From assembly GCA_050633305.1 (NCBI GenBank), contig JBOEGF010000043.1:128001-192000 (forward strand): DNA of 64,000 nt, read 5' to 3'. This document shows positions 51,110 through 62,410 of this stretch, piece after piece; the first letter of the stretch is position 1; every line of letters begins with the position of its first letter. The position numbers were made by a program, and so were the translations under genes. The notes under the pieces are model-generated. The model saw only the letters and a list, made by a program, of their open reading frames with translations. It had not been told where the DNA came from and searched no databases. Source of the stretch: Nannocystales bacterium. GTDB taxonomy: Bacteria > Myxococcota_A > Polyangia > Nannocystales > Nannocystaceae.

Positions 51110-52546
51110 ATGAGCGCCTCCGAAGTCTACCGTAGCCCGCTAGGGACCCGTTACGCCACCTCCGCCATGGTCGGCAACTTCGGTGACCGTCGGCGGGTTC
51201 GGCTGTGGCGAGAGCTGTGGATCGCGTTGGCCCAGGCCGAGAAGGAATTGGGGCTGCCGATCCCGGATGAGGCGGTCGCGGCCATGCGCGCCCACATCGA
51301 CGAGGTCGATTTCGATCGTGTCGCGGAGCTCGAGGCGAAGTTCCGGCACGACGTGATGGCCCATGTCCACCACTTCGGGGAGACGGCGGGTGAGGCGGCC
51401 GAGAAGGTGATCCACCTCGGGGCGACGAGTTGCTTTGTCGCCGACAACGCGGAGTTGGTGATGATTCGGGACGGCATTACGTTGCTTCTCGATCGCCTTC
51501 ACTGCGTCATGGGGCAGCTCAAGGCATTCGCGCTCGAGCATCGCGAGCTGGCGACGCTCGCATACACCCACTTTCAGCCCGCCCAGCTGACGACGGTCGG
51601 CAAGCGGGCCACGCTTTGGATGCAGGATCTCGCCTACGACATGGAGTCGCTGCAAGCGTTGGTCGATCGGCTTCCGCTGCGGGGTGTGAAGGGGACCACC
51701 GGGACGCAGGCTTCATTCCTCGCCTTGTTCGAAGGCGACCACGAGAAGGTCCGGCTGCTCGACGACAAGGTGGCCGCCGCGATGGGCTTCGCCAACACGG
51801 TGCCAGTCAGTGGGCAAACCTACCCACGCAAGTTCGACACTTGGGTGATCTCGGTGCTCGCCGACCTCGCGAGCTCGGCCGCCAAGTTTGGTTCGGACCT
51901 TCGGTTGCTGTGCCACAAGCGAGAGGTCGAGGAGCCCTTCGGCAAGAACCAGATCGGCAGCAGCGCGATGGCCTACAAGCGCAACCCAATGAAGAGCGAG
52001 CGGATCTGTTCGCTCGCGCGGTTTGTGCAGTCTCTCGCCGCAAACCCGATGGGGACGCATGCCAACCAGTGGTTCGAGCGGACCCTTGACGACAGCGCCA
52101 ACCGTCGCCTCGTGATCACCGAGGCGTTCTTGGCCACGGACGGGATCATGAACCTGCTCGCCGACGTGACGGAGGCCATGGTGGTCTACCCCGCGGTGAT
52201 CGAGGCCAACCTCAAGGAGGAGCTCCCGTTCATGGCCACCGAGAACGTGATCATGCGGGGCGCGAAGGCCGGGCTGAGTCGGCAAGACCTCCATGAGCGG
52301 GTTCGAGTGCACTCCCATGCGGCCGCAAAGGTGATGAAGGAAGAGGGGCGACCCAACGACCTGCTCACGCGGATGCGTGCCGACGATGCTCTGGGTGCCC
52401 ATGTCACCGATGCGGTGATCGACCCCCGCATGTACGTGGGACGGGCGCCGCAACAGGTTGACGAGTTCATCGAAGGCGTTGTCGATCCGTTGCTCGATCG
52501 GTTCTCGAAGCACGCGGGTCGGTTCGCGCCACGCGTTCGCGTCTGA
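51110..52546 (+). CDS. purB: Adenylosuccinate lyase
   Basis: RHDVMAH, IHLGATS, THFQPAQ.TT.GKR, GSSAMAYKRNP, ERTLDDSA. Confidence 0.97.
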   Translation: MSASEVYRSPLGTRYATSAMVGNFGDRRRVRLWRELWIALAQAEKELGLPIPDEAVAAMRAHIDEVDFDRVAELEAKFRHDVMAHVHHFGETAGEAAEKVIHLGATSCFVADNAELVMIRDGITLLLDRLHCVMGQLKAFALEHRELATLAYTHFQPAQLTTVGKRATLWMQDLAYDMESLQALVDRLPLRGVKGTTGTQASFLALFEGDHEKVRLLDDKVAAAMGFANTVPVSGQTYPRKFDTWVISVLADLASSAAKFGSDLRLLCHKREVEEPFGKNQIGSSAMAYKRNPMKSERICSLARFVQSLAANPMGTHANQWFERTLDDSANRRLVITEAFLATDGIMNLLADVTEAMVVYPAVIEANLKEELPFMATENVIMRGAKAGLSRQDLHERVRVHSHAAAKVMKEEGRPNDLLTRMRADDALGAHVTDAVIDPRMYVGRAPQQVDEFIEGVVDPLLDRFSKHAGRFAPRVRV

Positions 52547-52615
52547 CGCCCACCCGGCCCGGAACGGGAGCGCCCTGCGCCGAAAGGTCGGGGGCGGCCC
52601 GGCCGATGGCAGCGC

Positions 52616-53716
52616 ATGTCGTCCGCTCGTCGGGTTTGCCTGATTTCACTGTTGGCTTTGGGTCCTGGATGCATCCCAGCACCGAGTTTTGAGCTCCCAA
52701 GCGTCACGACCGACGATCCCTTTGAGACCGACGGTCCCTATGACCCGACGGTCGAGCTCCCGGAGGACGACGATGCCGGGACCGACGGAGAGACGGACGG
52801 CGACGGCAAGACCGACACGACGGGCGGCGAGGACCCCAGTGGACCGTGGGATCCCTCGGCCCCCGTGACAAGCGGGACCGACGCGACCGACGGCGTGAGT
52901 GAGACCAGCGGCTGGAGCACCGACGGCAGCGACAGCGGAAGCGGCACCGACGGGTCCGAGACGACCGGCATCCCGCAAGCCGCCTTCCCACCCGCCGAAG
53001 CCTTCGGCGATGACGCGGCCGAGGCGGCTCTGGTCGGAACCTGGACGGTCGACTGGAACCCGGACGGCACGCCCCACTGGTCGCTGGACATCGCCGCAGA
53101 CGGCTCGTTCACGTGGACGGAGGCCGCCGCGGCTTGCAACGACACCGCATCCGCGACGGGCGTGTTGTGGGTCGAGGAGGACTCGCTGGTGATGCACATC
53201 GAGACCTGGAACAAGCGCGACCCTTGGCCGGTCCAGTCGGTCGTGGGGGAGCCGCTCGAGCTTCCGTTCCGGCTTCACCTCGGCTACGCGATGGCGTTGG
53301 GCATGCTGAGCATGAACGGCCCCTGGGAGTTGACCTCGATGCTCGGCTGGGAGGGTCGGGTCTACACCCGCGACGCAGCCTCGGGCCCGGCAGGGGTTTG
53401 GACCGGTACCGCGGCGCTCGAGGCGATTCTCGCCGGGGCGAGCGAGCCGAGGATGATCGTTCGCGACACCTATTCGATGGAGACCGGTGGTGGTGCACAG
53501 GCGACGAGCACCACCCAGCGCACGTGGCTGCACGCGGAGGCGCCGATCGAGCAGCCCGCGGTGGAGGAGACGGGGACCTGGTTCAACCAGACGCCGGGGC
53601 AGCCGCAGGGGATGATCTGGGTGGCCGGCACGGTCCACCTCTACGACAGTGTTCGCTTGGTCGGCTTTGAAGAAAACCGGGTGTTCTACGAAGAAGCGCC
53701 TGCTTCCTGCGACTAG
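52616..53716 (+). CDS. Hypothetical lipoprotein with T/D/G-rich stalk
   Basis: LGPG-C; low-complexity linker; beta-rich C-terminal part. Confidence 0.75.
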   Translation: MSSARRVCLISLLALGPGCIPAPSFELPSVTTDDPFETDGPYDPTVELPEDDDAGTDGETDGDGKTDTTGGEDPSGPWDPSAPVTSGTDATDGVSETSGWSTDGSDSGSGTDGSETTGIPQAAFPPAEAFGDDAAEAALVGTWTVDWNPDGTPHWSLDIAADGSFTWTEAAAACNDTASATGVLWVEEDSLVMHIETWNKRDPWPVQSVVGEPLELPFRLHLGYAMALGMLSMNGPWELTSMLGWEGRVYTRDAASGPAGVWTGTAALEAILAGASEPRMIVRDTYSMETGGGAQATSTTQRTWLHAEAPIEQPAVEETGTWFNQTPGQPQGMIWVAGTVHLYDSVRLVGFEENRVFYEEAPASCD

Positions 53717-53749
53717 AGCATTTCCGGTAGTCTTTGCTCTCGAAGGCCT

Positions 53750-54634
53750 CTAGCGTAGGGCGGCACTCAACGCCGCGCCGAGGTCTGGGTGCCCGAACTC
53801 GAAGCCAGTCTCGAGCAGGCGCTTGGGGAGGACTCGCTGTCCACTGAGAAGCAGGTGCTCGGCCATCTCGCCAAACGCAGCTCTCAACGCAAACTTGGGG
53901 ACGGGCAGGAACGTGGGGCGACGCAGCGCCTTGCCCAGCGCGGCCGTGAAGGCGGCGTTGGTGGCCGGTTCGGGGGCGGTGAGGTTGAATGCGCCCTCGC
54001 ACTCGTCGTGGGTGAGGACGTGGACGATGGCGCGAACCACGTCGTCGAGGTGGATCCACGACATGTACTGGTCTCCGGATCCGAGTCGGCCTCCGACGCC
54101 CATCTTGAACGCCGGCAGCATCTTTGCGAGCGCACCACCGTCGCCCAGCACCGTGCCCAGACGCAGTCGCACAACCCGGAGGCCTTCGAGCGAGGCGGCC
54201 GCTTTGGCCTCGGCCTCCCATGCTCCGCAAACGTCGGCGAGAAACCCTTCGCCAGGCTCGGAGTTCTCGTCGAGCTGTGACGATCCGCGGGCGCCGTAGT
54301 AGCCCACCGCGGACATGGAGATGAACACGGTGGGGCGCGGGTCGGCGAGGCGCAGTGCATCCGCGACGCGCCGGGTGCCCTCAACCCGGGAGGAGCGAAT
54401 GGTCTGCTTGCGAGCGTCGGTCCAACGGCCACCGGCGATGTTTTCCCCCGCGAGGTGGATCACCGCGTCGTAGCCCGTGAGCGCTTCGGGCGGATCGAAG
54501 CCCCGCTCGATGGACCATTGAAGCTCGCCGCTTGCGTCGCGCCGGACAGCGACCGGTGTGTGGCTCGCCTCCTTCAACACTCGCGACAAAGCTCGTCCGA
54601 CGAATCCGCTGGCACCGGTGATGGCGACACGCAC
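53750..54634 (-). CDS. TIGR01777 (YfcH-like) oxidoreductase
   Basis: ITGASGFVG, HLAGENI, SAVGYYG, GFLADVC..WE, SWIHLDD, GQRVLP. Confidence 0.93.
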   Translation of the reverse strand: MRVAITGASGFVGRALSRVLKEASHTPVAVRRDASGELQWSIERGFDPPEALTGYDAVIHLAGENIAGGRWTDARKQTIRSSRVEGTRRVADALRLADPRPTVFISMSAVGYYGARGSSQLDENSEPGEGFLADVCGAWEAEAKAAASLEGLRVVRLRLGTVLGDGGALAKMLPAFKMGVGGRLGSGDQYMSWIHLDDVVRAIVHVLTHDECEGAFNLTAPEPATNAAFTAALGKALRRPTFLPVPKFALRAAFGEMAEHLLLSGQRVLPKRLLETGFEFGHPDLGAALSAALR

Positions 54635-54747
54635 GGTCGTTTCTTAGCATTGCTGGACCCTACGACCCGTGGATGCGGCCTGGTGTGCGGAAAACGGGGG
54701 CGGGGCCGGGTCATGCGGGCCCGTCCGTGGACAGCCCCGGCGGCGCC

Positions 54748-55511
<764 letters not shown>

Positions 55512-55515
<4 letters not shown>

Positions 55516-56504
55516 GCCACCTCCGCACGCATCCGCGAGAGGATCAGCAGGAACACGGGGGTTCCCAACAGGATGGTGATGACGCCCGGAGGAAGCGCGA
55601 GCGCCCCGATGCTGCGGGTGAGGAGGTCGACCAGCAGCATCAAGGTCGCGCCGATCAGCGCGGTCGCGGGGAGCAACCGACTGTGCCCGGTGCCGACGAG
55701 CCCGCGTGCAATGTGAGGCACGACCAGCCCCACGAAACCGATGACGCCGGTCAGCGCGGTGCAGATCCCCGCGAGCAGGCCAACCGTCGTGATGCCGACG
55801 CGCCAGGTCCGGCGCAGGTCCACACCCAGGGACGACGCGGTGGCCGGCCCGAGTTGCAACGCATCGAGGTCTTGTCGAAGCCACGCTGCGAGGCCGCCGC
55901 CCAGTCCGAGCGCGGTGGCACCCACAGCCAGGTGCGTCCACGACCGGCCGTCGAAGCTGCCCATCAACCAGCGGACGACCTTCATGCCGATCTCCCAGCG
56001 TTCGATTCCAACCGAGAGCACCAGCGTGGTGATCGCACCGCAGACGGATGCCAGGGCGACGCCGCAGAGGATCAACGTGGAGAGCCGTGCATCGGCCCGC
56101 GCCCATAACATCAGCACCAGCAGGACGCCGATTGCGCCCACGCAGGCGAGCCCCGCGATGACCCACGTCCCGCTCGCGTCCAGGCCCAGCGCCAGACCGA
56201 TTGCACCCGCCATGGCTGCTCCGGCGGACACGCCCAGCACGCCCGGTTCGGCGAGCGGGTTGCGAAACAGCCCCTGCGTGATGGCGCCGGCGAGGCCCAG
56301 CGAAGCGCCGATGGTGATCGCGAGCAGAGACCGCGGCAGCCGGAGGTCCCAGACGAGGGCCCGGGCCAGCGGAGCGACGTCTCGCCCTACGAAAACGGCG
56401 GCGACATCTGCATGCGCGACGTCGCCGGGGCCCAAGACGAGCGAGCACCACAGCGCAACACCGAGCACGAGTGCAACGGCCAGCAGGGTGCTCGGGTGCT
56501 TCAC
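55512..56504 (-). CDS. ABC permease (BtuC/FecCD family)
   Basis: LRLPR, QGLFRNPLAEP, WLMGS, GVIGFVGLVVPH, G.P.FL. Confidence 0.93.
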
Positions 56505-57355
56505 GGAGACGCCTCTTCGATGCGTTGGGCCAGCGCGCGGGTGACCTCGACCATCCGGGGCCCCGTCGCGAACAACAGCGGGCCTTCGAGCGCGATGATG
56601 CGACCCTGCTTCGCGGCAGGGGTGGCATCGACGCCGGGCTGCTTCGCGAACGCAGCCTCGGTCTGCGCGCAGTCGTCCTCGCACGGGATCACGATCGCCG
56701 CCGGCTGCCACGCTACGAGCTGTTCGAGGCTGACGCTGGGGTGTCCGTTCAGCCCTTCGCGGGAGGGCAGGTTCACAAAACCGGCGGCCTCCGCCTCGTC
56801 GGCGAATGTCGTCCCCGCCGCTGCGACGTTGCCACTGGCGTAGGAGACGATGCTCAGGCCGTTTCCAGCATCGGAGCGAGCGGCTTGCAGAGCCTCGTTG
56901 AATGCCTTGATGACGGCGTCACCGCGAGGGGTTGCATCGACCGCAGCGGCGATGGTTCGGACTCGGGCGCGGTAGTCCTCGAAACCGCCGTATCCCGACA
57001 GCACGACGACCTCGATGTTGGACTGCTCGAGCAGGGTGCGTCCGGCGGGGTCGCTCCATTCTGCCAGGAACGCCACCGAAGGTCGCAGCGCGAGCAGGGA
57101 CTCTGAGGTGCCCTTCACACGTGGGACTTCGGCCGGCCAGGTGTTGGTGATCGGGCTGTATCGGGCGTCGTCGACCAATGCGCTGACCGCCACGACCTTG
57201 CCGCGGACGTCCTCCCCCAGTGCCCACAGCGTTGCGTCGCTGTCGATCGTGACGGAGGCGATGCGAACCGTGCTCGGTGCTTCGGCGCTTGGGCGTGGGC
57301 ATCCTGCGAGGCACAGGAAACCCACGGCGAGGCAAGCGAGATGCGCGAGCTTCAT
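56501..57355 (-). CDS. ABC substrate-binding lipoprotein (BtuF-like)
   Basis: LAG-C; RIASV, ESLLALRP, SLEQL...P, GPR. Confidence 0.88.
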   Translation of the reverse strand: MKLAHLACLAVGFLCLAGCPRPSAEAPSTVRIASVTIDSDATLWALGEDVRGKVVAVSALVDDARYSPITNTWPAEVPRVKGTSESLLALRPSVAFLAEWSDPAGRTLLEQSNIEVVVLSGYGGFEDYRARVRTIAAAVDATPRGDAVIKAFNEALQAARSDAGNGLSIVSYASGNVAAAGTTFADEAEAAGFVNLPSREGLNGHPSVSLEQLVAWQPAAIVIPCEDDCAQTEAAFAKQPGVDATPAAKQGRIIALEGPLLFATGPRMVEVTRALAQRIEEASP

Positions 57356-58062
57356 CCTGGCACCGCCTCCACAGCGTCGAGGTCGAACCCTCCAGGACCT
57401 CCGGTGCACCACATCTCGGTTCCGTAGTACGCAGCCGAAACGTCGACGAGACGAACGTAGCGAGCATGCCCGAGCCCGACGTCGGCCAGGTCGAAGGCAT
57501 CCCCGCCGAGGATGGTGTCGCCCTCGAGCCTGACGGGGGTGACCCCGGCGCAGCCCTGGGGCGGCCAGTCGCCAGCACCGGTCAGCTCGCACCCGAATGC
57601 GCGCCACACCTCGCCGTCTTCGCTGACCTGGACCCGGGCGGGCTCGGCGAAGGTCGTGTCTCCGGTGGGGAAGGGGTTCTCATAGATGATGAGGTCGTCG
57701 CCTGGTCCGTCCACGACGCCCGGTGGATCGAAGGCGAGTGTGATCGAGCCGCCACAACCCAGGCTGGCCACATCCAGCGAACCGCCGGACACCTCCGGCA
57801 TCGGCGGCCCCAACACGACGTCGGGCAAGGCATCGTGGCCGTAGACGGCGTCGGGCCCGGGCTCGAACGACTCGATGCAGTCCGCCCACGGGTCGTCCTG
57901 CGTTCCCAGAGCACAGCGCCCCTCGATCGGTGTATCGACGACGCCCGCGGTGTCCACGGGGTCTACGGTGCTCTCGGTCTCGAGAGCATCGGTGTCTTCG
58001 GTCCCGTGCGCGTCGCAGGCGGAAAGTACGAGGAAGAGGATGACGGCGCGTGAGGAGGTCAT
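57352..58062 (-). CDS. Surface lipoprotein, possibly a BtuH-like cobalamin-binding domain
   Basis: LSA-C; SLGCGGSITLAF, DGPGDDLIIYENPF, EPARVQVSEDG, GGDAFDL, GFDLDAV. Confidence 0.7.
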   Translation of the reverse strand: MTSSRAVILFLVLSACDAHGTEDTDALETESTVDPVDTAGVVDTPIEGRCALGTQDDPWADCIESFEPGPDAVYGHDALPDVVLGPPMPEVSGGSLDVASLGCGGSITLAFDPPGVVDGPGDDLIIYENPFPTGDTTFAEPARVQVSEDGEVWRAFGCELTGAGDWPPQGCAGVTPVRLEGDTILGGDAFDLADVGLGHARYVRLVDVSAAYYGTEMWCTGGPGGFDLDAVEAVPG

Positions 58063-59291
58063 GGGTCCAGGCCGATCAGGCTGTACGGAGGCAACCCGGT
58101 GGAGATCGGGCCGGCGGTCAGAGACGGTGGGTGCGAGGTGAGGTCGTAAGCGTACAGGCCCGGCGCCTCGGTCTCACGCGAGCCGACCCAGAGCGTTTCG
58201 CCGATACGCTGGACGGTTCGGTCGACGGCTTGAAAGGGCGCTCCGAACGGGACGAGGGTGGGGGGCTCCGCCAGGAGGTCAACCTCGAAGAGCCTCGCGT
58301 GGTCGAAGCAGGGCTGCGGGTTGCTCGAGCAGTCGGGCGTGGTGCCCTCCGCGGGCAGATAGAGTGCGAGCCAGGCCCATTGCCCCGAGGCGTCCACGTC
58401 GAAGGCCAGCGGCTGGTCGTGGTGGCTGGCGCCTACGGCAGCGAGTGCGTCGGGGGAGACCGCCCATGTGCTCTCGAAGGTCCCCAGGTCGATGCGCTCG
58501 ATGCCTGTGGTGAGGCCGAAGACCGTGCTCGGATCGGCGTGGTTGGGCCGAAGCTGGCGCAGCCATGTCCCCTGCAACGAGACGCCTTGACCACCGGCAG
58601 TGTCGGCATCGAAATCCCAGGGGACTCTGCTCGGCAGGTCGACCGCGATGAGCATGTCCTCGTCGACATGGGTGTAGCCGCCCGGCACGTCGAGCCGCTG
58701 TACGCCGACCCACAGCGTGTCTCCGCAGCGCACCGCAGTGCTGGCTTCGGGGCGCCCGTCTTCGTCGGCGAACGGGGAGAGGTCGATGGTGTCGACGACC
58801 GATTCGCCCGCGGCTTCGCTGGCGTCGAACACGAGCAGATCCGAGCTGCCGAACAGGGTGACATAGCCCAGCCCTTCGTCATCGAATGCGATGGCGTGGG
58901 GGTTGGGGGAGACGGCGTCCGCGGCATCCAACGCGTGCTGGCCACGGGACCTCCATGCTCCCGCGTCGAGCATGTCGACGAAGTCGTAGCCGTGGCGGTG
59001 CACGATCGCGGCGCCCTGCGGGGAGGCGTAGGGGACCGCGTCGGGGGATCCGACCGCGACGTCGGCCCGCACGGTGCCATCGGCGTCGACCACCGTGACC
59101 GCGCCGGTCGCGAAGTCCGTGGTGGTGACCACGAGGGTGGTGGGATTGGCGGGCCCGACAACACACGGCGCGGGCTCGGGCATACCGGCTTGTAGAGGGG
59201 CGAGCGGGGACGGATCGCTGGTGTCCTCTGGCGCCAGGAGTGGATCTGCGCATGCGCAGACGCCGAGGAACAGGAGCAGATGGGACTTCAT
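58059..59291 (-). CDS. Beta-propeller (YncE/BtuG-like) lipoprotein
   Basis: GVCA-C; NPHAIAF..GYVT, IDLS.FAD.DG.PE, LWVG.QRLD repeats; ATGA overlaps on both sides. Confidence 0.75.
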   Translation of the reverse strand: MKSHLLLFLGVCACADPLLAPEDTSDPSPLAPLQAGMPEPAPCVVGPANPTTLVVTTTDFATGAVTVVDADGTVRADVAVGSPDAVPYASPQGAAIVHRHGYDFVDMLDAGAWRSRGQHALDAADAVSPNPHAIAFDDEGLGYVTLFGSSDLLVFDASEAAGESVVDTIDLSPFADEDGRPEASTAVRCGDTLWVGVQRLDVPGGYTHVDEDMLIAVDLPSRVPWDFDADTAGGQGVSLQGTWLRQLRPNHADPSTVFGLTTGIERIDLGTFESTWAVSPDALAAVGASHHDQPLAFDVDASGQWAWLALYLPAEGTTPDCSSNPQPCFDHARLFEVDLLAEPPTLVPFGAPFQAVDRTVQRIGETLWVGSRETEAPGLYAYDLTSHPPSLTAGPISTGLPPYSLIGLDP

Positions 59292-61402
59292 GACGATGGG
59301 CCTCCGAATTCGAGAGACAACGTGGTCCACAGCGAGCGGCCGGGGAGTGGATAGCCGAGGTAGTCGCCGATCGGGGCGGGGGTGGGCCTGCGAGCCCCGA
59401 CGGGCAGGGTGACGGGACCGGTCCGTTGGTCGAGCAGGTTGCGAACCTCCAGGGCCCAGTGCACCCGGCGCGCCGCATGCAACTCGATGCCAATGCTCTG
59501 CAAGACCCGCGTGGGGACCTCGTAGCGGCCGGCGGTGTCGAGGCGGGTGCCGCTGAGCACTTCGAGTCCGCTCCGAATGCGTGGGACCAGCTCGACCCCT
59601 CCGGTCACGAACCGACGCCCGATGCTGGCGTGGGTGGCCGCATCGTGCTTTGGCCGTCCTGGAAGCGGTTGGTTTCGAGTGGTCGGGTCGGGACCGCGGG
59701 CGACGGCGTCGGTGAACGTGTAGCTGGCGTCGAGTTCGAGCCGTTCGCCCAACGCGAGGACTCGCCCGAACACCTCGACGCCGCGGACGCGCGCGGCCGC
59801 CAGGTTGACCGCCCGGGACACGCGGCCGGCCGAGACCCAGGTGATGAGGTCCTCGCTCCAGGTTCCGAAGCCCGCGAGCTGTCCGTGCACAGCGAGCGCG
59901 TCGCCGATGTGGTCGAGTACGAACCCGCCATCCACGGACGTGCCGCGCTCCGGAGAGAGGCCCTCGTTGCCTACCGCATAGCCGCGGTCCCCAAACAGCT
60001 CGAGCAGCGTGGGCGCACGGAAGTAGCGACCTACGGAGCCCCGGGCCTCGAGCGGACCGAACAGTCGGACCCGGGCTCCCATGCGTGGTGATGCGCCGAA
60101 CTGCGAGGCGTTGCGGCCCTGGTCGGTGAGCTCCCCCTCGCCGTCTTGCACCGCGAAGCGGTTGGACAACGCATCGAGTCGGACCGCGGGGACGATGCGG
60201 ATCCGTCGTTGGGCGAGGAACTGTTCGGCTTGCACGCCGACACCGACGCCCAGACGGGACCGGGTTGCGTCGCCCGAGGAGCCGCTGAGCGCCGCCGACT
60301 CGTCCACAGCCACCCACTGCGGTCGGACGTCGGCGGTGACCTCGGCGAACGCCATCTTCCACAGGGGGGTGCGCCACCGCGGGCTCGCGTAGACGTCGAG
60401 GCTTCGTACGCGTTGGTCGTTGACGCCCGGTCCGAGTTCCGCGTCGGGGTCGACGAAACGTTGCTGACGTAGGCCGACGCCCAATCGCGCGCCGAGGCGT
60501 CCGCCGGGTCGACCGAACGCCGTGTGCTCGATGCCCGCGACCGTTTGCAGTCCCAGGGTGTCGAGCCGGGCGGCTTCGGCGGGTGCGCCCACGGGTCCCG
60601 CGATCCCGCTTTGGCGGCCGACAAACCACTGTTGCACGTGGCCACGTAGATGCCCCCGCTCCAGGTCGAGTCTGATCCGGGCGAGGGCGCGGTCGTAGTC
60701 GTTGTTGGTGCGCCGAAGCGTCTGGTCGTCGCCTGTGAACGTCGGTGTCGACGCGTCGTCGTAGTAGCGAAAGTCTCCGCGGGCGCCCGCGTAGCTGGCG
60801 TGGGTGGAGAGTGTGAGCCGGGAGGAGAGAGGGACCGCGGCATCGAGCGCGAGTTGACGTCCGCCGAAGCTGCCCAGGCCCGTGGCAAGGTAGACGACTG
60901 GGTCGTCGACCTGCGGGGCTCCGTGGACGTCGAGGGCACCGCCAAGGGTTGCCCCCCCGTAGCGCACGGGAACGAACCCTCTATAGATGTCGACCCGGCT
61001 CATGCCCCGCAAGGGCAGCTCGGAGAGATCGAACTGGCCCCCGAAGGCGTCGCCGAGCGGAACACCGTCGACGAAGATGCCGACCTGTTGAGCTGAGCTC
61101 CCGCGCAGGGAGATCGCGGAGAACTGACCCAAGCCGCCCACGGATCGGACATGCGCGCCTGGAGTTCGGGCGAGGACCTCGGCGAGTCCGTCGTCGGGCG
61201 TCGCACCTCCGGGTTGCTCGAGGTCGACCGCCGTTCCAAAGCCGGGGGTATCTCGGCCGAGCGCGCGCTGATCCTCGAGTTCGTCTTCGGGACGTGTCTC
61301 GACGACAGTTCGAAATGGCGCGGCCTCGGACGGATCTCCGGAGGGATCTGTCGTAGCGAGGGCGACATCGGCAGTCGCTGCAATTGTTGCGGCGCAGAAC
61401 AT
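59288..61402 (-). CDS. TonB-dependent receptor, probably BtuB-like
   Basis: Plug motifs ISLRGS..QQV.IFVDGVP and GG.L; FRAPTL.EL, GN..L.PE, NLLD, YPLPGR; directly downstream of a cobalamin riboswitch. Confidence 0.9.
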   Translation of the reverse strand: MFCAATIAATADVALATTDPSGDPSEAAPFRTVVETRPEDELEDQRALGRDTPGFGTAVDLEQPGGATPDDGLAEVLARTPGAHVRSVGGLGQFSAISLRGSSAQQVGIFVDGVPLGDAFGGQFDLSELPLRGMSRVDIYRGFVPVRYGGATLGGALDVHGAPQVDDPVVYLATGLGSFGGRQLALDAAVPLSSRLTLSTHASYAGARGDFRYYDDASTPTFTGDDQTLRRTNNDYDRALARIRLDLERGHLRGHVQQWFVGRQSGIAGPVGAPAEAARLDTLGLQTVAGIEHTAFGRPGGRLGARLGVGLRQQRFVDPDAELGPGVNDQRVRSLDVYASPRWRTPLWKMAFAEVTADVRPQWVAVDESAALSGSSGDATRSRLGVGVGVQAEQFLAQRRIRIVPAVRLDALSNRFAVQDGEGELTDQGRNASQFGASPRMGARVRLFGPLEARGSVGRYFRAPTLLELFGDRGYAVGNEGLSPERGTSVDGGFVLDHIGDALAVHGQLAGFGTWSEDLITWVSAGRVSRAVNLAAARVRGVEVFGRVLALGERLELDASYTFTDAVARGPDPTTRNQPLPGRPKHDAATHASIGRRFVTGGVELVPRIRSGLEVLSGTRLDTAGRYEVPTRVLQSIGIELHAARRVHWALEVRNLLDQRTGPVTLPVGARRPTPAPIGDYLGYPLPGRSLWTTLSLEFGGPSS

Positions 61403-61463
61403 GGCGAGTTGACTCCCGTCTCACCACGAGGAAAGCAGGCCCGAGCGTTGTCGGGTGCGCGCA

Positions 61464-61672
61464 CGCGGTGGTGTCCTGGCTTTCGGGTCATCCTCGGGCG
61501 GAGTCCTTCCCAGGCCGGAGCCCAGTGGAGAAGGCGGGTGCCTTCCCGCGCAAATGCGCGTCTACGCCGTCGTCGCCGATTACAGTGGCGGGAGCCGCAT
61601 CGGTCTTTCACCGATTTCCCTCACACAGCCTGGCCAGATGGCCGGGCGTCGTGTGGGCACGAGGCCTCCGCG
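61464..61672 (-). ncRNA. Cobalamin riboswitch
   Basis: Minus strand: AGGGAA-ATCGGTGAAAGACCGAT-GCGGCTCCCGCCACTGTA...CCACTG...GGGAAGG...AGCCAGGA; CGCGG/CCGCG closing stem; upstream of a TonB/ABC operon. Confidence 0.92.
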
Positions 61673-61815
61673 AGCGAGCTTGCTTGTCAGGGAACGTCGG
61701 CTGAATGCCGCGGCCCGGAGCGACTGTCAACCGATCACAGTTCGGCCCGCGATGCGCGGTCTAGGACTTCCCTCCCGGGGGCACATTGCGTTAGGCTGCA
61801 GCCAGAGACCCGCAC

Positions 61816-62247
61816 ATGCTCGATTTCCCCATCGGAGAGCTCATCACACCGGAAGAGCAGGTCGCCGTGGCGCGCGCCGTCGCAGTCATGGCATCGCGAG
61901 ACGACGACGTGTCGGACAGCGAGCGTCACTTCGTAGAGGAGCTGATGGGACAGATGATGCTGCTCCCCGAGGAGCGCGATCTCGTCCGAAAAGAGTTCTC
62001 GTCGCCCGGAGACTTGCTCCAGATCGCAAAAGCGGTGAAGCACCGCGAGGCGCGGATCTTCCTCTATTACCAGGCAGTCTGCGCCGCGATGGCCGACAAC
62101 GTTCTGGTCGACGGAGAGCGAGAAGCCCTTGGAAAGCTCGCGACCTCGTTCGAGTTCGACACCGAGGTCGCCGAGCGGTTCGTGAAGTGGGTCCAAGACA
62201 GCCTCGAGCTGCGCGAGCGCGGTCAGCAAGTCCTCGTCGAGATGTAG
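61816..62247 (+). CDS. TerB-like domain protein
   Basis: MASRDDDVSDSE and MADNVLVDGE repeats. Confidence 0.8.
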   Translation: MLDFPIGELITPEEQVAVARAVAVMASRDDDVSDSERHFVEELMGQMMLLPEERDLVRKEFSSPGDLLQIAKAVKHREARIFLYYQAVCAAMADNVLVDGEREALGKLATSFEFDTEVAERFVKWVQDSLELRERGQQVLVEM

Positions 62248-62372
62248 GCGTCGCCCGCCCTGGCCTTTGCCAACGCCGGCCGGGGTCGACCCTCCGAAAT
62301 GCGAACTTCGCGCCGCCCTTGAGGCGGCGTTGATCGTTGTACAGCCGAGTGCGGTGGCGCGATGTCTAGCGC

Positions 62373-62401
62373 TTGCCAGGGGCTGGCCACTCACCCATAC
62401 T
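62373..62401 (+). promoter_or_regulatory. Candidate sigma70 promoter of rpoZ
   Basis: TTGCCA-17 nt-CATACT, 9 nt before the ATG. Confidence 0.55.
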
Positions 62402-62410
62402 CCGCGGCCC

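Noticed and set aside
53713..53753. Second CTAG-bounded spacer with a short AGAGCA/TGCTCT stem
   Set aside because: Both CTAGs derive from TAG stops of convergent genes, and the inverted repeat is too short to call a MITE
59292..60629. Long 5' extensions in the ORF track (58059..60629, 54748..56628, 39552..41132, 24090..25691)
   Set aside because: They overlap other well-supported genes; internal starts with 4-nt overlaps or -10 motifs fit better
61702..61730. TTGACA upstream of the riboswitch as its promoter
   Set aside because: The matching -10 position reads CATTCA, a poor fit; cannot be supported
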